From a virus (Duplodnaviria; Caudoviricetes): 24,929 nt of DNA. The notes beneath the pieces are model-generated. The model saw only the letters and a list, made by a program, of their open reading frames with translations. It did no database searches and was not told where the DNA came from. Positions within the stretch are counted from its first letter, which is position 1. Every line of letters starts with the position of its first letter. The stretch covers positions 1 to 24,929 of IMG/VR virus record IMGVR_UViG_3300047399_000019; one strand, written 5' to 3'. Positions 8,673-17,600 of this stretch are shown here, in pieces. The translations under genes and the position numbers were made by a program.

Positions 8673-11600
8673 ATGTCACAGTTCGACATCAATCAGAGGA
8701 TGAATCAGTTTGCGCCTTCGCAGAATCCGCAGGAGGCACCGCAGGCTGAAGCGCCGACATCCATGATTGCTCCAACGGAGCCGCAGCAAAGCACCAAGCA
8801 GCAATGGATGGAGAAGTTTGCGAAGGATGACAACGCGCAGTTGATGACTGGCATTGCGGCTGCTGTGCAGCAAGATCCAGACAAGGCCGGAGAAGCGCAA
8901 AAGATTGCCGCGATGGCAAATGTTCCGGCGTCGATTGCGCTGCGCAACATGGAAGAACTTGGGCGCCGCACACGCATGGAAGAATGGCGCCAGCAGAATC
9001 TGTCGGCGCGATTCCCTGTGCTGGCAAACAAGATGCGCGACGCGGATTTCGCCGCCATCGCACAGGACGATCGCGACAATCTGACCAAGTCGGAAGACTT
9101 TTGGAGCGCAATGCCGCTAACTGGCAATTGGGCAATCGATCACTATGTGATGCCCAATTGGGTCAAGAAACAAGCGTTGAGTGGTGTAACTCGCGGGCTT
9201 ACGCAGCACGACGCCAAGGCATTGGCGCGGCCAATTATTCAAACGTTCAACAGCATCAGCGATGATGAAGAAACAACGCTGCGGAAGGACTATGACAATC
9301 TGGAAAAATTACGTCAGATGTTTGGTCAAGCCACCGGATCGGTGGCAGAACCAACCTATGCGTTGACACAGTTTGTCACCAGCATTCCAGCAATGGGAAC
9401 GGGCGCTGTTTTGGGCGGCATCGCTGGTGGCGCAGTTGGCGTATTGGGTGGGCCATTTATGGAAACAACGGTTCCTGCAATGATTGGTTTGGGAACGCGC
9501 CTAGGAAGTGCTGGTGGTATGTACAGGGATTCGTATGAATCCAACTTTGCAGAAATTTACTTTGGTTTGCGCAACAAGGGATATTCGCGAAACGAGTCGT
9601 TTTATATTGCGAGTGGCTCGTCAAGTGTGATTGCTGCAATGGATGTTGGCGCGTTTGGTTTTGTGACAAGCGCATCGCGAGCAGCGATTAGAAAAACCGT
9701 AATGAATCAGTTTTTAGAGCGCATGGGCAAGCGCGCGCTGATTGCGGAAGCGGTGACAAGGCCGACGATTACGCGCGGCCTATATGAGGCCGGAAAACAT
9801 CTCGCAGAATCGGCATTGGGTGAAGCCATTACCGAACCCATTCAGGATCTCATTCCATGGGGAGCGGAAGTCGCCCTGTATAACTTGGGCAAAACAAAAG
9901 AAGAGCAGGAAAGGTTGAAGGCGCCGGATACGGTTGCAAAACAGGCATCGCAGTTCATCGACACGTTCTTGCAGACCGCGCAGGGATCATGGATTTTCGG
10001 CGTTCCGGCAGCGGCACATGTCATTGCCAACAGCCAGCACAAGGTTGCGCAGGCCAAGCAAACGCAGGAATTCATTCAGACCATTTCCGACAATGCGCTG
10101 AACGCAAAGGTTCGCGATCGGAACCAGAACAAGTTCCAAGATTGGATTGCGGAGCAGGCTGATGGCAAGGCGGGTTCGACCATCTATATCGATGGTCAGG
10201 CCATGTCCAACGTGTTGCAGCAAGCAAACATTCCGGTTGAGGCTGTGGACAAGTTGGTTCCGGGTCTGCGGCAGCAGGTTGCCAATCTGCAATCGGTTGG
10301 GATGGATGGCGATGTGACGATTGAGACATCGCGGTTTGCGTCACATCTTGCTGGTACGCCGCTTGGCGAGGCGCTGATGCCGCACGTTCGCATGTCGCCG
10401 GACGCCATCAGTTTTGCCGATGCTCCTGTTGCGGCTCGCGTAGAAAGCATTTTGAACAACTCTGTCAAGCGACAGGCATCGGATCTGCTGGATGCCAAGC
10501 GCAGCGCGGATCAGTCGTTCATCGAATCGGCGCACAAGGTTGAGGACGGCGTCAAGGCGCAATTGATTGCGACTGGGCAGTACTCATCGTCGGATGCGGC
10601 CAGCAGCGCAACGGTGGTGCGCGACTTCGTATCGGTCATGGCTGCGCGTTCCAAGAAGACGCCAGAACAGTTCTTCGATGAACATCGGTTGCAGATCATG
10701 GGGGCCGTATCGCAGGTGGAGCCGACGCCTGCTGCGGAAGGTCAGTTTGATCAGGCTGGTCGCCAGCGCACCGAAACGCCAGAGTTCAAGTCGTGGTTTG
10801 GCGAGAGCAAGGTGGTCGATGCGGAAGGCAAGCCGTTGGTGGTGTATCACGGCACAAGTGCAGCACAAGACTTTGCGGAATTTCAGGTTGGCCCATCCGG
10901 CATTTATGGCAAAGGCGTTTATCTAACCAATACGCCACAAGCCGCTGCCACATATGCCGGAGAACAAACGGGCGCAAGAACCATTCCTGTGTATGTGTCG
11001 TTGAAGAATCCGTTTGTATATGACGAACGCAACAACAACGGCGAATCGTTTCTGGAAGCGGTAAGTCGCGAAACAGGCGTTCGGGTTAGTGCGGCATCAT
11101 CAAACGAAAAAGTGCAGCGCGTTTTGCGTGATGCCGGATTTGATGGTGTTGAAGTACGCAATGTGTCTGGGCCTGAAGACACGCGGTATTTTGTTGCGTT
11201 CGATCCGACGCAAATCAAATCCGTTTTCAATCGCGGCACCTACTCTCCAGAGACTGGCAACATCCTTGAACAGGCGGCTATTGAAGACGCCGCAGAAGAT
11301 GCCAAGGGCGACGATGTCGCGCCTACGGAACAGCCTCCGGTTCCAGAGCAGGTGGACGAATTGGCTGCGCTGGACAACGCCAACAAGTTGGCGTCCAGCC
11401 GGGTGTGGGATCGTGGTCGCGATCTGAAGGCGGCGCTGCAAAGCGGCTTGCTGGCAGAGGCCCGCAAGGCCGGAATCGATCTGGCATCGCCATCGCCGGA
11501 AACCATTCGGTATCTGGTGCGTGTGGGCGTTCGCGATGCAAAGACCGCGCTGAAGCAGAACGCCAATGCCGTGGGCTGGTACGACATCAAGACGCGACAG

Positions 11601-14600
11601 GCTTTGGCCGTGATGGCGCTGGTTCACCCAGAGATCGCGACTGACGAGAATGCGCGATTTGCATTTGTGTGGGCGCTGGCGGTCACGTCAAACGGCCTGA
11701 AGGTGGACAAGAACTTTGAACTGGCCGAGCAGGCGTATCGGCAGTACAAGAAGAAGGGCGTGATGCCCACCGATGTGGGAATCGGCACGGCAGGCGAGGC
11801 CATCAACAATTCGTTGGGGCTGTTCAATGAGTTGGTGCAGGAATGGGGAATTGATGATCTGCGCCGATTCATGCAGACCAACTTCACCGTTGGAGAGATT
11901 GCCGCAATCTCCAAGGATCTGAAGCCGGGTGGCGAGCATGTCGCAACGGTGGTGCGTGGCTCTGCGATTCTTGGGCCGAAGATTGGCAACGGGTTCTTTA
12001 GCAACCTGTATGGCAACTTCAGCAGCCTGACGATGGATCGCTGGCTGATCCGAACGTGGGGCCGATGGACGGGAACGCTCATCAAGGATCAGCCGACGCA
12101 TACCGCCGATGCGCGGGCGCGATTGTCCAAGTCGATCGCATCCATGACGCCAAAGCAACTGTCACAGTTGAGCCAGATTGTTGGCATCGATGTGGCGACG
12201 GCGGATGCGGATCAGGTTGCCGTTGCGATTCAGGAAGCATCAGCAAACAAGACCAAGCGCGATAGCCTGAATCTGATTGATGCAACGCAAGAGTTCCGCA
12301 AGTCTGGCAACGGACTGGCGAAATATCTGGACGGTCAAAAGGAAGCGCCTTCTGGCCCCGGCGAGCGCACTTTTATCCGTGACGTGTTTTCGCAAATCCT
12401 TGCCGAACTTCAGCAGATTCCGGAATACGCGGATCTGACGATGGCAGATTTGCAGGCGGCGCTGTGGTATGCCGAGAAGCGCCTGTACGAAAACGCGAAG
12501 GAAGATGTTACAGAGGACGAAATCGAAGGCTATACTGACGAAGAGGCGCCGGACTACGCCAACGCTGCGGTTGCAGTTGCCAAGGCAAAGAAGGTCAGCA
12601 ACGCCAAGATTTCCGAAGCACTCAACAAGGAGCAACAGCGTGACCGAGCAGCAGGAATTCAATTTGGCGATGCGGAATCGACGTTTGAATCTGAAGGGAA
12701 GCGCGCAGCGCCTGCGGGATTCTCTGAATCAGAAAAGCGACAGTTCGTCGGCACAGTTGCGACCCGCAGAATTAGGATCGAACGCCGATCAGATACGACA
12801 GGCAATTGGTCTTATCGGGCCAGAAGCGACCGAGATGGCCGAGCAGTTCGGGTTCTGAAGAAACTTGGCGTCAAGTACATCGCGGAATGGAAACCGGGCA
12901 AGGCGCTGAAACGCGTGTATGGCGCCAATGGCGTCGTTGCGCCGACGTTTGTGGAACTGGAGCCATCGCTTGATAGCGGGCGCGCGTTCCAAGCGCGCAT
13001 TCAAGCCAGCAAGAGCCAGAACAAATTCGGGGCAGCGGTGTATGTGTATTCCGCAGAGGAATACGCTGGTATGCGATTGTTCCTGTCAGAAGATGGGAAC
13101 GCGGGTGTTGCGGTCAAGCCAGATGGAGACATGGTGTCTGTCTTCAGCACACCGGGCAGCAACATGGGGCGCGCCGTGGTGGAAATGGGAGTTGCCGCAG
13201 GTGCCACGAAGGGCGATGCATTTGAAACCATCCTGCCAGCGTTCTACGCAGCGCATGGTTTCAAGGTCGTGTCGCGACTCAAGTGGGACGAGTCGCAGCG
13301 TCCGGCGGACTGGGACAAGGCCACGTTCGGGAAGTTCAACAATGGCGAGCCAGATGTGGTGTTTATGGCATACGACCCCAACTCATTTGAACGCCATGAA
13401 CAGGGCGAAACGGGAGCCGTTGCCACGTCATATGACAATGCTTTGGAATTGCAGGCCAAGGAGCAGGAGCGCATTGCAAGGCGGATGCAACGCGAGGGAC
13501 GCGCGGCCATGGGTGCTGGCGCGCCACGGGCTGCGGCCCTGACGCCGCAGGTATTTGAGCAGGCACAGATTCAGAAAGCGCAGTTCTACTCTGCACTTGA
13601 GCAGGGGATTGCAGGCATCGATGCCGAGTCGCTGGCAACAGATGGCTGGAAGCAGCGCATTCAGGGGCTGGTCAACAAGGGACTGGTCAAGAAAGAAGAA
13701 CTGGAATGGAGTGGTTTGCTGGAATGGCTGGATGGTCATTCTGGCGACAAACTCACTCGCGCCCAGATGTTGGAGTATTTGGAGGGGAATGGTGTTCAGG
13801 TTCGGGTTCTTACGCGCGAACGCGTGAGCAAGACCAACTACGAATACTTCCAGTTTGAGAAGGCGCTTGCCAACATCGAGCGCGATTTGGATGAGGCCGG
13901 AAATTTGACGCCCGAGGTCAAGTCGGCGCTGGACGAAATGCGTAGCCGCGCAAATCAGATGCGGCAGGCGTATCCGCGCTGGGCAAACACAAGCAATGTG
14001 CAGATGGGCAGCATGTTCGAAGAAATGCTGCGCGCGGACAACGAGGCGGTAAGCGTTCTTCGCGATACCGTACAAGCCGCATTGGACAAAACATTTGTTA
14101 GTACCGGAGTTAGTCAAAATGCATATAGCGTTGCGACATATTTGTATAGAGCATCGTTCGAGCGTCCAGAAATTCCAGAGTTACCGCGATATGACGGCTA
14201 TAGGGTTGATGGCGATGCCAAGAATTACCGCGAAACGCTGGTGACCATCCCGCGTTACGGCCCCGCCACGTCCGATCAGTATGTTGGCAAGCATTGGGAT
14301 GAAGAAAATGTTGTGGTGCATGTGCGTTCTACGGAGCGCATCGATGCCAACGGCAAGCGCGTGATGTTCATTGAAGAGGTGCAGAGCGATTGGGGTCAGG
14401 ACATTCGCGGCACGGAGCGCATGTCAGCGGAGCAGCGCCAAGAATTGACGCGGCAGTTCAGACAAGCGTTAATTGACTACGACAATGAGCGCGACAATCG
14501 CGACAAATTGAATGTCAAATATGGGGATCAAAAATTTGCGCTGCTAGAAGAATTGCGCAGAAAAAACCGTGTGTCTTACATGATTGCACGGGACGAATCT

Positions 14601-17600
14601 TCTGCAAAGCAACGCGAAATTTTGATGCAATATGTGCGCGATGGCGTTTTGATATCGGCGCCAGATTTTGTTGACACGGTCACGCAAATGCTTGCGGCGC
14701 GCGAACGCACGACAGAAGCCGACAATCGCGTACTGAACTTGCAATCAATTTTGGATGCGCCCAATTACCCAGATGCGCCATTTGTCGGTTCGACCGAAGC
14801 ATGGCTGACGTTGGCGCTGAAGCAAGTGGTGCTGGAGGCCATGGCAAATGGCATCGACACCGTGATGTTCAGCCCAGACACGGTTCACACCAAGCGATGG
14901 GGTTCGCAGCAGATCCTGTGGAACTTGAATGAGCGCGGCAACTGGTCGATTCGCATTCAGTCGCAGGTTGATGGCCGCGCTGCCGGAATCAATCTGGAAG
15001 AAGAAGCGATTCGGCGCGGGCTTGCGAACAACACGGAATACGAAATTCCAAACGATCGCAATGCTTTCATTCAGGCGATTGCGCCGGAATTGCGCGACGA
15101 AACATTCAACAACAAGACTTCCGCGCAGGCCGAAGCCATGGCATCGAAGTTGTGGGATCGCATGCAGGCCAATTCGACTGGCGTGATGCGACCGCGACGC
15201 GAAGGTTTTGAGGGATTCTATGGCGACGCCAACGGCAACAATGTCAACACGGGCAAGCCTGCGATGCTGCGCACGACGCTTGGCAAGTTGGCGAAGAAGA
15301 TCGGCGCGCGGATTGAAACGGCGAAGATCGCCACCTTTGCCGACATTTTGCAGGCTGGCCCAACCGCGACGTTCCAAGAAGATTTGTTCGACATGCTGGG
15401 GGAGCGTGTTGAATTCAACATCGACAACATGCGCGAGTCGTTGCAGGCGTGGGTAAATAAGGTCAACCTGTGGGTTGGGGAGCAGGTTCTTGATCCCAAT
15501 GTCAGCGAACAACTGTTGTTCGACGCAATGCGGATCTATCAAGAAGTTCAACCTGATGTCGGAGTCACAATCGGGGCAGGCAAGGGATCGGAAAGAATCG
15601 TCAAGCAGATTGCTGCGATGTGGCCCACACAGATGCCTACCTTGGGTGGTATCACGCTAGAATTGACGCCGGAATCGCGAGCAAAGGCAGAGGGTGGATT
15701 CCCGCTGTTTCAGGCGATGCCAAGTCCGACTCCGGCGCCGGGGCCGCGCGGAACACTTGATCCGTCCAAATTGCTGATGACGCTTGGAAAGGCGGCGGAT
15801 CGATCCACGTTCTTGCATGAGAGCGCGCATTATTTCCTGACGGTGATGGGCAATATTTCGGGTGGCCCAAGCGCATCGCCGGAAATGCGTTCTGAATTCG
15901 ACACGCTGCTTCGATGGTTTGGAATTGCTGGCAGTAACGAAGAGGAGCGGATTGCGAACTGGTCGGCAATGTCGTTGGATGAGCAGCGCGAATACCACGA
16001 ACAGTTCGCGTACAACTTTGAGATCTACCTGTCGGAAGGTCGCGCGCCCAGCCCAGAGATGGAAACGGCGTTTGAGCAGTTCGCGATGTGGCTCAAGCGA
16101 ATTTATGTGAGCATCCGAGATGATCTGAATGCGATCTACCGTGCGCAGTTCGGTCGCGATCTGCCAATTCTGACGGGCGAAGTGCGGCAAGTCATGGATC
16201 GCATGCTTGCAACGGATGCGCAGATTGAGCGCGCCGAAGCCATCCGCAGCATGCGGGCTGTGTTCCAGACACGGGAAGAGGCGCTGGCGCAGGGCATGTC
16301 GGAAGAGGAGTGGCTGGCATATCAGGACATGGATCGTGCGGCCACGCGCGAGGCAAAGAACAGGCTTCGAGCCGAAAGCATGCAGACGATGGGATGGGTT
16401 TCTGGTGCGCGCGAGCGTGTGTTGCGCGAATTGCAGTCGCAGCAGGATGATCGGCGTCGTGAGGTGCGTGACGAGATTCGCGACAAGGTTGCGAAATCTC
16501 CGATCTACCGGGCGATTCGATACCTGCGTCGTGGTGAGTACGAGGACGGCGACGGCAAGATTGCCAAGGCTGACGCGGGTTACAAGTTGAGCGGCAGCGG
16601 TGTGGACGAGGTGCTGAACGCGGCGAACCGATCTGTTTCGGTCGCTGGCACTTCAGAACTTCGGATGGCAGACACCTACATCGATCCGCTTCGCATTCCG
16701 CGATGGGCCACGGCGAGTGAGGGCCAGCACCCAGACGTGGTTGCCGAGCGATTCGGATTCAGCAGCGGCCACGAATTGCTGCGCGCGCTGGTCAATGCCA
16801 AGCCGATGCGTGAAGAGATCGCTGCCCAGACTGACGCCGAGATGGAACGGCGATACGGCGACATTGACAGCCCGCAGGCTCGCGAGGCGGCGGTGGACAT
16901 GGCGATCCACAATGCGGCTCGCTCGCGGTTCGTAGCGGTCGAATTGCGGTTCCTTGCCAAGATCAAGGCGCCCGTGCGGGTGATGCTGGCGGCAGCACGG
17001 TCTGTGGCCCGGGCCGCAATTGCGGAGAAGCGTATCCGGGATTTGCGTCCCGGCGATTACACGGCGGCAGAGGCCAAGGCGGCTCGCGAGGCCGAGTCTG
17101 CCTACGCGGCGCGCCAAAGCCCGGAGCAGGCGGCGCAGGCGGCGTATACGCGCGCTATGACCGATCTGGCTGGATCGGTGGCTGCGGGAATGCCAATGTC
17201 CGAGGCAGAGGCACAAGCCTCCCAGAAGGCCGAGGAGGCCCGCCAGCGCGTCGCGGAGCGGGAGGCGGCGTATCGAGCCAAATACCCGGACGGCGACCCT
17301 GCGGAGGTCATTATCCGGGCCAAGCGTACCCAGATGGTTCAGAACCAGATGGCGTCGCAGGCGCTGGAGGCTTTGAACGAAATCAAGAAGGGTGTTCGGT
17401 ATTTGCGGGACGTGCTGTCGGATGGCAACCGCAAGCGCATGGGCGCCGAGGCAGCAGATCAAATTGAGGCGATCCTGTCCGCGTTTGACCTGCGGCCTCT
17501 GACGCAGAAGCAGATGGATTTGAAGGCCACGCTTCGCGCATGGCTGGACAGCCTTGCAAAAGACGGAATTGTTCCCGACATCGATCCAGACTTGATCAGT

